Shown here one piece after another: positions 56,705-64,000 of a DNA stretch of 64,000 nucleotides (the stretch's first letter is position 1; each line of letters opens with the position of its first letter). Under the pieces are notes generated by a model. The model was not told the DNA's origin and searched no databases. It worked only from the letters and a program-made list of their open reading frames with translations. This stretch comes from an uncultured delta proteobacterium. Its GTDB lineage: Bacteria > Myxococcota_A > Polyangia > Polyangiales > Polyangiaceae. Both the position numbers and the translations under genes were made by a program. The stretch lies in contig CAITIQ010000542.1 of the NCBI GenBank assembly GCA_903892415.1, forward strand, positions 3,050 to 67,049. Reading direction: 5' to 3'.

Positions 56705-57006
56705 ACGAAGCCTTTGGCGCGGCAGACGCCGCGCCGGTCTGCGCACTCAATCCAGTAAATGCCGTCGAGCCCTTGGCGCGCAGCTTCCTCGCGCATGAGC
56801 GCAATGCTGCGCGGGCTCTCGATGGTATCGGCGGAGAGCTCGGCTACCACGCGGAAGGGCGTGGCCGGCTTCGCGTCGAGCAGAACTTGCACTTCGCGAC
56901 CTTCACGAGCTTTCCACTCAGCTGTCTTGGTCAACGTTGCTTGCGAGGCGGAGCAACCAGCAGTGAGAGCGGTAACGATGATAGCGGCGACGATGCGAAT
57001 GTTCAT
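56653..57006 (-). CDS. Small lipoprotein, unknown function
   Basis: ATG 57006 with lipobox (MNIRIVAAIIVTALTAGC) and a GAAGAGGAA ribosome-binding site upstream. The rest of the 302-aa ORF listed to 57561 is upstream junk. A predicted sigma-54 promoter lies 45 nt upstream. Confidence 0.65.
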   Translation of the reverse strand: MNIRIVAAIIVTALTAGCSASQATLTKTAEWKAREGREVQVLLDAKPATPFRVVAELSADTIESPRSIALMREEAARQGLDGIYWIECADRRGVCRAKGFVYSAFDTASASESNSLR

Positions 57007-57050
57007 GGGATGTTCCTCTTCGAGCTGCGCGGGGCAGCGATGAGTCCCTT

Positions 57051-57066
57051 CGCAAGCTCGATGCCA
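57051..57066 (-). promoter_or_regulatory. Predicted sigma-54 (-24/-12) promoter
   Basis: The minus strand reads TGGCATCGAGCTTGCG, that is TGGCAT-N5-TTGC with canonical GG-N10-GC spacing. The -12 element lies ~45 nt upstream of the ATG at 57006. Confidence 0.55.
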
Positions 57067-57117
57067 AGGCTGAACTTCGCGAATGCATCGTAAAAATGCA
57101 GCATTGTTTGCTGGGTA

Positions 57118-57178
57118 ATGCGCACACGTGTCGCTAATTGCGCAAGCTGACGTTTGGCTTGCGCGCAAGTTGCGCAAC
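57118..57178. promoter_or_regulatory. Cluster of TTGCGCAA-type palindromes (candidate activator binding sites)
   Basis: ATGCGCA-CACGTG (57118-57130), TTGCGCAA (57138-57145), CTTGCGCGCAAG (57158-57169), GTTGCGCAAC (57169-57178). These sit 60-120 bp upstream of the sigma-54 promoter, in a divergent intergenic region. Confidence 0.45.
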
Positions 57179-57384
57179 CTTGAACGAGCGTCGCAGTTGG
57201 CTGCCGCTAAAGAGTAACAATGTGCAACTTCGCGCTCAGCTAGCGCAGTTCGCGCGCAGTTCGAGACGATGTCGCGCTGATGGAACTCGGCGTTCTTTCT
57301 GAAGTAAGCGCTTAAGCAGTACGAGTGAATGGCCTCCTTCATGCTTTGCGGCCGCCAAGTGGAGCTCTCCACGGGAGGTACTGC

Positions 57385-60060
57385 ATGGGTACGATGCACG
57401 AGCGTTTGGTCGTAGCTTTGGCGCTTACGACGGTATTGGCGGCCTGCGGGGACTCGCAGGGCCCTGGCGGTGGGCAGGCTGGAGCTGGTGGGGCCAGCCT
57501 TGGCAGCGGTGGCGAAGCCGGCAGCGGTGCGCAAGGCGCCGCCGGCGGTGAGGCTGGGCAAGGCGGTGGCGGCGGCGGAGAAAGTGGCGGCGGCGGAGAA
57601 GGAGGTATGGGGGGCGGCGCGCCGCTGTGCGGCACGACCTCGGTCGGACCGCTCAAGGGAGGTGCAGCCGCCGTAAGCTCCGACGATCTGACGGTGGTCG
57701 TGGCCAATCGCGATGTGCGCACCATCACTGTGTTCGCCGCTGATTATCAGGGAGCTCAGCCCGAGCTTACGCAGCGGGCCGAGCTAGAGGTCGGTGGAGA
57801 GCCGTGGCAGGTCGTGACCGATGGCTGTGGTAGTCGCGCTTATGTCATTGCCCGCAGCGAGCAGAAGGTAATCGCGATAGACGGTCTCGACTCGGTTCCA
57901 GTGGTGGTGGGTGAAGTAGCCGTGGGCTCTGAGCCAACCGGGCTGGTGCTGTCGCCCAACAACACGCAGCTCTTCGTGGCCAACTGGGTCGATGGCACCG
58001 TCTCGGTGATCGACACCGCGATGCTGCAGGTCACCTCGACCATCGATCTGAACGGGACCCTAGCGAGTACCGGGCTGCTCGGTCCTAGCGTGGGTGAGGC
58101 CAATGCTCGTCCCGCGCTGGCGCATCCGCGGTCGCTTGCGATGACCAACGATGGAGATGGCGATGACAGCGATGAGACGTTGCTCGTGACCGAGTTCTTT
58201 GCGCAACGCACGGCGCCCGAGGCGAGCGACGGCTCCAACGTCGACAGCAACTGGGCCGCTATACTTTATCGCGTCGAGGTCGCGACGCTTGCAGCCGAGC
58301 CGATCTTGTTGCGCTCCAAGGTGGACGTCGGATTCAGTGGAGCGGCCGGAACAGGCTGCTTCCCCAATCAGTCGCAGTCCGTCACGATTCATCAGAACCA
58401 GGCTTATGTAGCGGGCATCTGTGCCTCTCCCAAGGGCCCGACCAACCCCAAACAGATGACGCACCCAGCGCTCAGCGTCGTGGACCTGGATACCTTGGTG
58501 GAACTCGCTCCGAGCCCGCTCATGCTCGACGGCGAAATGGTGGCCTTCTACGATACCCAGTTATTCGCCGACGACGCTACGAGGCGAATGCCGCTCCTGG
58601 CCAACGACCTCGCGTTTACGGAGGAGGGCACAGCACTCATTCCCGCTGGCGGAGTCGACGCCGTGTTTGGCGCCGGCTTCGATGAGAGCGGTCAGCTGAC
58701 CCAGGTCGGGTTCGGTGCGGCGAGGCCCTTCCTCGATCTATCCTCGGCCGCGCTTCCGCAGGCCGCGCGCGGTGAATCCCCGATCGGGCTAGCTACGGCT
58801 CATTCCCATCCCTTTGCCTATGTAGCAAACCAGTTCTCGCGCAATGTGACGGTGCTTGCCGTCGCTTCAGGTTCCGAGGAGATCGCGGGGGTCTCAGCCG
58901 GTGAGCCGAAGGTTTTCCCTTCAACCCTCCCAGCAACCTCCGAGGCTGAGGTCGCGTTCATGGCGGGGCGACGAGCGTTCGAGTCGGGCCTCGGCCGCTT
59001 CAGTCTCAATGGTCAAGGGTGGGGCGCTTGTGCTTCCTGTCACTTCGAGGGACTAAGCGACAATGTTACTTGGTATTTTGGTCGTGGACCTCGTCAGTCC
59101 ACTAGCCTGGATGGCAGTTATTCTTCGAGTGACCCGAGCGACCAACGGATCTTCAACTGGACAGCGGTTGCCGATGAGATGGCCGACTTTGAGGGCGTCT
59201 TGCGCGGGCTTGACGGCGGGGTAGGGGCAATCGTCCACACACTGAGTAACCCGCCCGTGAACACCGACCGGGTGGATCTGACCAACATCATGCTCTTCCC
59301 TTCGTTTGGTGCTGGCGGGCTCAATGGCTCTGCCAGGCTCGCGATGGAGCAACAGAGCCTGCTTCAGACCTGGACGCAGATAGAGCAGTACGTGCAACAG
59401 CTGAGGTCGCCTCGGGCCCCGAGCAACCTGGACCCGGTCAAGGTTCAGGCTGGTAAAGAGCTATTTGTTTCGAGCGGCGGTTGCGCCGGTTGTCACGGCG
59501 GGGCGAAGTGGACGCTCTCCACGCTGTTCTACAGCCCGTCTTCTGCGACGAACGAGTCGCTCAAAACTGCAACGTGGGATGGAGCTGCTCTCGTCGCGGC
59601 GGGCTTTCCGCAGGGCCTGCTGCCCGCACCGGCCGGCAATCAGGTCATGCGCTCAGGCTCGGGACTCGGGGATGTCATGCAGTGCGCCTTGCGGCCGGTT
59701 GGTACGTTTGGTGTCTCCCCCAGCAGCGTCAATGCGATTGAAGTTCGCCAGGACATGCTGACGACGGCCCTCGGTAACGAGACCGTGGGCAAAGGCTTCA
59801 ACGTGCCGAGCTTGCTAGGGGCGCAGGTCGGGGCGCCCTACTTCCACGCGGGCAATGCACGTACTTTGGAGGAACTGCTGGAGGCAACCTTCGCGGTGCA
59901 TCGGGCCGCGTTGGCCGACTCAGGCTTTCTCTCTGGCGCCAACGCAAGCGAGGAACGGGACGCGCTCGTGCACTATCTGCTCTCGATTGACGAGACCACC
60001 GTGGCAGTTCCGCTGCCCGCCGCCGGGGCGAGCGGTGGCAACTTCTGCGTACTGCCGTAG
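57385..60060 (+). CDS. Lipoprotein: Gly-rich linker + YVTN-type beta-propeller + di-haem CCP-like cytochrome c domain
   Basis: GGGAGG lies 7 nt before ATG 57385. Lipobox TTVLAAC. Propeller-like repeats (GSEPTGLVLSPNNTQLFVANWVDGTVSVID). CxxCH twice (CASCH, CAGCH). NVPSLLGAQVGAPYFHAGNARTLEELL parallels the CCP gene at 54066. Confidence 0.8.
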   Translation: MGTMHERLVVALALTTVLAACGDSQGPGGGQAGAGGASLGSGGEAGSGAQGAAGGEAGQGGGGGGESGGGGEGGMGGGAPLCGTTSVGPLKGGAAAVSSDDLTVVVANRDVRTITVFAADYQGAQPELTQRAELEVGGEPWQVVTDGCGSRAYVIARSEQKVIAIDGLDSVPVVVGEVAVGSEPTGLVLSPNNTQLFVANWVDGTVSVIDTAMLQVTSTIDLNGTLASTGLLGPSVGEANARPALAHPRSLAMTNDGDGDDSDETLLVTEFFAQRTAPEASDGSNVDSNWAAILYRVEVATLAAEPILLRSKVDVGFSGAAGTGCFPNQSQSVTIHQNQAYVAGICASPKGPTNPKQMTHPALSVVDLDTLVELAPSPLMLDGEMVAFYDTQLFADDATRRMPLLANDLAFTEEGTALIPAGGVDAVFGAGFDESGQLTQVGFGAARPFLDLSSAALPQAARGESPIGLATAHSHPFAYVANQFSRNVTVLAVASGSEEIAGVSAGEPKVFPSTLPATSEAEVAFMAGRRAFESGLGRFSLNGQGWGACASCHFEGLSDNVTWYFGRGPRQSTSLDGSYSSSDPSDQRIFNWTAVADEMADFEGVLRGLDGGVGAIVHTLSNPPVNTDRVDLTNIMLFPSFGAGGLNGSARLAMEQQSLLQTWTQIEQYVQQLRSPRAPSNLDPVKVQAGKELFVSSGGCAGCHGGAKWTLSTLFYSPSSATNESLKTATWDGAALVAAGFPQGLLPAPAGNQVMRSGSGLGDVMQCALRPVGTFGVSPSSVNAIEVRQDMLTTALGNETVGKGFNVPSLLGAQVGAPYFHAGNARTLEELLEATFAVHRAALADSGFLSGANASEERDALVHYLLSIDETTVAVPLPAAGASGGNFCVLP

Positions 60061-60125
60061 CTCTTCGTACAGCGCTGTCAGGTCCATACGAAGCTCGCCG
60101 TCGCTCGTTGCGGAAGGAGGCTCGT

Positions 60126-61523
60126 ATGGACGCTATTTCAGAGTTGTTTGCTCATTTGCAAGGTCGCTCGCGACCGGAAGACGTCGCTGAGTGCGTCCTT
60201 CGGGCGATTGGTTCGCGGCTGGACGCTAAGGCATTGAAGGTCGTTTCGCGGGCTGCGCAAGGTTCCTACGCGCACAGCTACCAAGCGTACTCGTCCATGG
60301 CCACGAGCTTCTTTCACGCGCAGGTCGCGGCGGCGCCGCAGGTCGAGCTGGCGCAGGTGCTCTTTGCCGGTTTGGAAGGTTCGAGCTCAATGCCTGTGCT
60401 CTCGGCGGTAGAATGTCGGGATCCGCAGCGGCTCGAGGTCTTCGTTCGTCAAACGGGCCTGCTCATTCATCGAACCTTTGGCGAGCGGCGCAAGCTGGAC
60501 AAACGCGCGCGCTACTCGTTGGGCTTGATGAAGGGCCATCGCTGGTACAACAAGCGCTTCAGGCTGCTCGCTCGGCTGGAGCAGAAGATCGTCCGCATGG
60601 TGCGCGCAGATCGGCGTTTCGATCTGGTTCGCATCTCCAAGTCGAGCTTGGCTACCCGGCTCACGCGCGCAGAGTTCGCCCGTGACCTGGATAGCGCCTG
60701 CTTCATTGCCTATTACGCTTCACGGATGAGCTTGCGTTCCGAGTTTACCTGCGGCTCGCAAGTGCGTCCGTACGACGAGGTAGCGGAGGTGCTACTCGCT
60801 CATTGTGAGCGTGGTTCACCCAACTACTATGCAATAGCTCACGCCCTGCCCGAGACGCGGATTCTCCGTCACTCGACGGAGCGTGAGCGCGGTCAGCTGC
60901 TTGCTACGTCGTTTGACGTCATGGCTCGCAGCGCGGACCTACTCGAGGAGGTATGGGAGAAAAACCATATCGACAAGCGAACGATGATCGTTGCACGCGG
61001 CAATGACTCATCGACGTGGAACGAGTCGGCGGGAGCGTGGAACAAGGCTCGCGAGAGCTGGATAGCTATGCTGCACGCGCTCGGAATGGAGGGCCTACTC
61101 GACAGGATGTTGCCGGGCAAAGTGATGCGGCTGATGGCTGCAGACGTTGCTGCTTGGCATCGTCTTTCGGGTGGAACCATTCATCCGGATACAGCAGTAT
61201 TTTCCGATCTGCCGCTGCCGTGGCAGGTGCTTCGTGGAGAGGTGGAGTGCTCACGCGCTCGTGTAAAGCGAGCTTGTGAGGCTCATGGTGCTTCCGTCGA
61301 GGGTTGGACTGGTCCGCGCAGTGCACGCACTGCCGTCCCGTTCCGGCCGACGCCGGAGCTCCTGCACGGTGTCAGCATCTCCAGTCCAACGCTCGCGAGG
61401 ACCATGCGCAAGCTCGGTTACTTCTCGGGTAAGCCCAGCTCCAGCGAGGCGCAACTAAACGCCTGGATCCTTCGTGACGCGCACGGCTTTGCCTTGCTCG
61501 CCTTGGAGCCAGAGGACCATTGA
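60126..61523 (+). CDS. Hypothetical protein (no recognisable motif)
   Basis: A strong AAGGAGG sits 6 nt before ATG 60126, so I reject the listed TTG at 60108. The ORF is 465 aa. Several 60-nt lines count at only 50-52% G+C. Confidence 0.6.
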   Translation: MDAISELFAHLQGRSRPEDVAECVLRAIGSRLDAKALKVVSRAAQGSYAHSYQAYSSMATSFFHAQVAAAPQVELAQVLFAGLEGSSSMPVLSAVECRDPQRLEVFVRQTGLLIHRTFGERRKLDKRARYSLGLMKGHRWYNKRFRLLARLEQKIVRMVRADRRFDLVRISKSSLATRLTRAEFARDLDSACFIAYYASRMSLRSEFTCGSQVRPYDEVAEVLLAHCERGSPNYYAIAHALPETRILRHSTERERGQLLATSFDVMARSADLLEEVWEKNHIDKRTMIVARGNDSSTWNESAGAWNKARESWIAMLHALGMEGLLDRMLPGKVMRLMAADVAAWHRLSGGTIHPDTAVFSDLPLPWQVLRGEVECSRARVKRACEAHGASVEGWTGPRSARTAVPFRPTPELLHGVSISSPTLARTMRKLGYFSGKPSSSEAQLNAWILRDAHGFALLALEPEDH

Positions 61524-61534
61524 CCCTTTCCCGG

Positions 61535-61578
61535 GACGCGCTTGGAGGTTCGCCGAAAGCGGATACTCCAAACGCGTC
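61535..61578 (+). terminator. Long stem-loop just after the stop codon (terminator-like, no U tract)
   Basis: GACGCGCTTGGAG (61535-61547) pairs with CTCCAAACGCGTC (61566-61578): 13 positions with one C/A mismatch. The 18-nt loop itself contains TTCGC-CGAAA-GCGGA. Confidence 0.35.
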
Positions 61579-61587
61579 TCCGGTCAC

Positions 61588-61659
61588 CTTGGGGTAGCTC
61601 AGTAGAAGAGCGCGCGGCTCGGGCCCGCGAGGCCGCCGTGTGCAAACCCGGCTCCCAAG
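61588..61659 (+). tRNA. tRNA-Pro(CGG)-like sequence with degenerate D and T loops (possible pseudo-tRNA)
   Basis: The acceptor CTTGGGG/TCCCAAG forms 7 bp (one G-U). D stem GCTC/GAGC. Anticodon stem CGCGG/CCGCG with loop CTCGGGC (anticodon CGG, G37). However, the D loop AGTAGAA lacks GG, and the T arm is GCCG-TGTGCAAACC-CGGC (4 bp, no TTC). No CCA. Confidence 0.35.
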
Positions 61660-61720
61660 ACTGCGGTGATAGTTCAATGTAAGAACGGGCGGCTCTCCAT
61701 CCGCTTGGATGCCGTGTTGC

Positions 61721-61910
61721 GAATGACTCGTGCCAACCCAAAGGACCAAAGGGGCCTTCGGCCGTTTTCTCGAAGACGGCACGAGTCATTTTGTTTGCTG
61801 CATCCGCCTTCGGCGGAATGACTCGTGCCAAAGTCGAAGGTCAAAGGGGCCTTCGGCCGTTTTCTCGAAGACGGCACGAGTCATTTTGTTTGCTGCATCC
61901 GCCTTCGGCG
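61721..61910 (+). repeat. Two tandem 95-nt structured repeats (61721-61815, 61816-61910)
   Basis: The copies are identical except for 8 mismatches within unit positions 17-26 (CCCAAAGGAC vs AGTCGAAGGT). Each has a perfect 13-bp inverted repeat AATGACTCGTGCC..GGCACGAGTCATT followed by TTGTTTGC, an inner hairpin AAAGGGGCC-TTC-GGCCGTTTT, and a 3' hairpin TCCGCC-TTC-GGCGGA. GAAT at 61911-61914 starts a third unit. Confidence 0.85.
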
Positions 61911-61940
61911 GAATCGGGCTCACCGCACTATTTTCTGGGC

Positions 61941-63599
61941 TCAGCCCCAAACCACCGGGCCCTTGGCTCCGTACCAGGTCTCGAGCTTGTCTTTCACCTG
62001 GTCTTCAATCTTGGACCGCTTGATCTTCATGGTGGGGGTGAGCATCCCGTTCTCGATCGACCAGGGGGTGTCTGCGATGACCAGCATCTGCAGCTGCTCA
62101 TAGCCAGACACCTTGGCGTTGATCTGCTCGAGCAAGGGCGCGAGCTCGCGCTCCACCGTGCTGCGCGTCTCCGGGTCTTTGAGCTTGGGACGAATGTCCT
62201 CCGCCAATACCAACAGGGCGTACGCGGCGGGCTGGCCTACGCCAGAGACGCAGGACATTTCCACCAGCGGGTGCTCGTTGAGCATGTTCTCGATCGGGGC
62301 GGGCGCCACGTACTTACCCTTCGCCGTCTTGAACAGCTCTTTCACACGCCCGGTGAGCTTGAGCATGCCGTCAGCGGTGCGTTCCCCCTTGTCCCCGGTG
62401 CGGAAGAAGCCATCCTCGGTAAAGATCTCAGCGTCTAGCTCCGGCTGCTTGAAGTAGCCGACCAAGCGAGCCGGGGACTTGATGAGAATCTCGCCCTCCG
62501 GGGATAGTTTGCATTCTACGCCGGGCAGCGGGATACCCACGTAGCCCGGCTGGGCGTGCTTGGGCGTGGAGAGGTGCGAATAGGCAAAGTCCTCGCTCAT
62601 CGCGTAGCCCTCGAGCAAGTTGAGGCCAATCTTGCGGTACCAAGCAATCAACTCGGCCGGGATGGGCGCCGAGCCGCTGGCGGCGAGCCGGACGTGTTGC
62701 AGACCGAGGCCGGTGAGCACCTTCTTGGCGACGATCTTGTTGAAGATCGGGATCTTCAAGAACAGATCCAGCTTCTTGGGCGGCATCTTCTTGAACACGC
62801 CCTGCTGGAACTTCAGCCACAAGCGCGGCACCGAGATGAATACGGTTGGCTGCGCCCGCTGGATGTCTTTGACGAAGGTCTCGAGCGACTCGGCGAAGAA
62901 GACGTGCCCACCACCGACCATCGTGGTGCACTGCACCGCGGCTCGCTCGAATACGTGCGCCAATGGCAAGTAGGAGAGCACGCGATCTTCATTGGTGATC
63001 TTGATGGCGTTGACGAAGCCCTCGGCTGCATAGGAGAGGCGGTCAAAATTGTGCATTACGCCCTTCGGTCGACCCGTGGACCCTGAGGTGTAAATGATCA
63101 TGGCGAGGTCTTCGCCATTGCGTGTGACCCGCCCCTCGAGCGGCGCCGTCTCTTTGACGATGTCATCCCACTTCGGAAAGTCGTTCTTGGGCGCTAGCGG
63201 GAAGGCGATGCGTTTTACTTCACTGGGAACGCCCTGCTCCTGCTCTTTCCACGTGTCCAGTTTGCCGACGAACAGCGCTTTGGCTTCACTGTGCGTAAGT
63301 ACATAATTGACGGTGTCGTGACCCTCGGTCGGGAAGATGGCTACGGTGGTAAAGCCCGCCATCCAGATCGCCAGCTCGGCCATGAAGAAGTGCGCGCAGT
63401 TCTTCGACAGGATGGCGATGCGATCCCCGGGCTCGAAGCCGAGCCCTTGCAGGTGGGTCGCCATGCGCCGTGCCTCGCCTACGACGTTCTTCCAGGTGTA
63501 GTCCTTGACGTCGCCGTTTCCGATGGGCTGGGTCAAGTAGACGTTGTCCCCGATGGAGGCTTCTTTGTCGTAGACGTGCTCGAGGATCTGCTTGGTCAT
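61941..63599 (-). CDS. AMP-dependent synthetase/ligase (long-chain acyl-CoA synthetase-like)
   Basis: MIIYTSGSTGRPKGVM AMP-binding motif, GYAMSEDF, FRTGDKGERTADGMLKLTGRVKELFK. Confidence 0.9.
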   Translation of the reverse strand: MTKQILEHVYDKEASIGDNVYLTQPIGNGDVKDYTWKNVVGEARRMATHLQGLGFEPGDRIAILSKNCAHFFMAELAIWMAGFTTVAIFPTEGHDTVNYVLTHSEAKALFVGKLDTWKEQEQGVPSEVKRIAFPLAPKNDFPKWDDIVKETAPLEGRVTRNGEDLAMIIYTSGSTGRPKGVMHNFDRLSYAAEGFVNAIKITNEDRVLSYLPLAHVFERAAVQCTTMVGGGHVFFAESLETFVKDIQRAQPTVFISVPRLWLKFQQGVFKKMPPKKLDLFLKIPIFNKIVAKKVLTGLGLQHVRLAASGSAPIPAELIAWYRKIGLNLLEGYAMSEDFAYSHLSTPKHAQPGYVGIPLPGVECKLSPEGEILIKSPARLVGYFKQPELDAEIFTEDGFFRTGDKGERTADGMLKLTGRVKELFKTAKGKYVAPAPIENMLNEHPLVEMSCVSGVGQPAAYALLVLAEDIRPKLKDPETRSTVERELAPLLEQINAKVSGYEQLQMLVIADTPWSIENGMLTPTMKIKRSKIEDQVKDKLETWYGAKGPVVWG

Positions 63600-63685
63600 G
63601 CCCGGAAGAGAGCATGCTTTGGACCGACTTTAAAGGTGTTTGAGTCCCCGGAAGCCAGCTTGTTGGTGCGGTTTTATCTAACGGC

Positions 63686-64000
63686 TTAGCTAGGGATGGT
63701 CGGCGCTAGAACCGGCTTGTCCGAGTGGATGCGCCCATCGACCACCTCGACGATTCGGTCGCAACGTTGGGCGATGCGTGGGTCGTGGGTGACGATGATC
63801 ACCGCCGTCTTACGCTCGCGGTTGTAGCGGCGCATCAGCTCGAAGATCTTCTCCGAGTTCTCGGTATCCAGGTTGCCCGTCGGTTCGTCGGCGAGCAGCA
63901 GCGGTGGGTGGCCGATCAGCGCGCGCGCCACCGCCACTCGTTGTTGTTCTCCTCCTGACATTTGACCAGGACGCGAGTCGAGCTTGCTGGCGAGCCCGAC
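63686..64000 (-). CDS. ABC transporter ATP-binding protein (LolD/MacB-like), N-terminal part outside the window
   Basis: The frame stays open to the window end (..[11 protein letters not shown] upstream of the listed Met). ABC signature [15 protein letters not shown], Walker [14 protein letters not shown]-loop IIVTHD. Confidence 0.85.
   Translation of the reverse strand, partial: VGLASKLDSRPGQMSGGEQQRVAVARALIGHPPLLLADEPTGNLDTENSEKIFELMRRYNRERKTAVIIVTHDPRIAQRCDRIVEVVDGRIHSDKPVLAPTIPS

Noticed and set aside
61721-61914. CRISPR array or retron msr/msd interpretation of the tandem repeats.
   Set aside because: There are only two abutting units with no spacers, and no cas gene. No reverse transcriptase (YxDD) ORF lies anywhere nearby.

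Overview
High-GC (~66-68% by hand counts on sample lines), gene-dense chromosomal window. It most likely comes from a Myxococcota-type genome: there is a MYXO-CTERM-like sorting tail, a myxobacterial-type PilZ domain, a Hanks kinase, and many lipoproteins with Gly-rich linkers. I call about 47 protein-coding genes. Housekeeping genes include tsaD, malQ, a dnaJ-type chaperone, a PpsR-like kinase, an acyl-CoA synthetase and an ABC ATPase truncated at the 3' edge. Mixed in are many secreted or lipoprotein genes of unknown function. No rRNA, CRISPR array, transposase or integrase was seen.

Five things stand out:
1. A sigma-54 two-component locus built around di-haem cytochrome c peroxidase domains (52.3-60.1 kb). 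It has a predicted -24/-12 promoter, clustered TTGCGCAA palindromes, and an enhancer-binding protein gene split by a frameshift.
2. A lower-GC island (~27.3-34.1 kb) encoding an apparently complete polyprenyl-phosphate-sugar periplasmic glycosylation set: GT2, flippase-like protein, two GT-C-like membrane proteins and a methyltransferase.
3. A full-length MutH-type endonuclease (19.2-19.9 kb) with no dam, mutS or mutL nearby.
4. A 417-nt convergent intergenic region (61.5-61.9 kb) packed with RNA-like structure: a long hairpin, a degenerate tRNA-Pro(CGG)-like sequence, and two tandem 95-nt structured repeats that are identical except for one 10-nt window.
5. Several probable gene-decay or fusion events: a C-lobe-only pseudokinase and an EamA run-on ORF.

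All family calls rest on motifs read by eye from the translations. No database search, alignment or RNA folding program was run. Start codons are often uncertain by tens of nucleotides.
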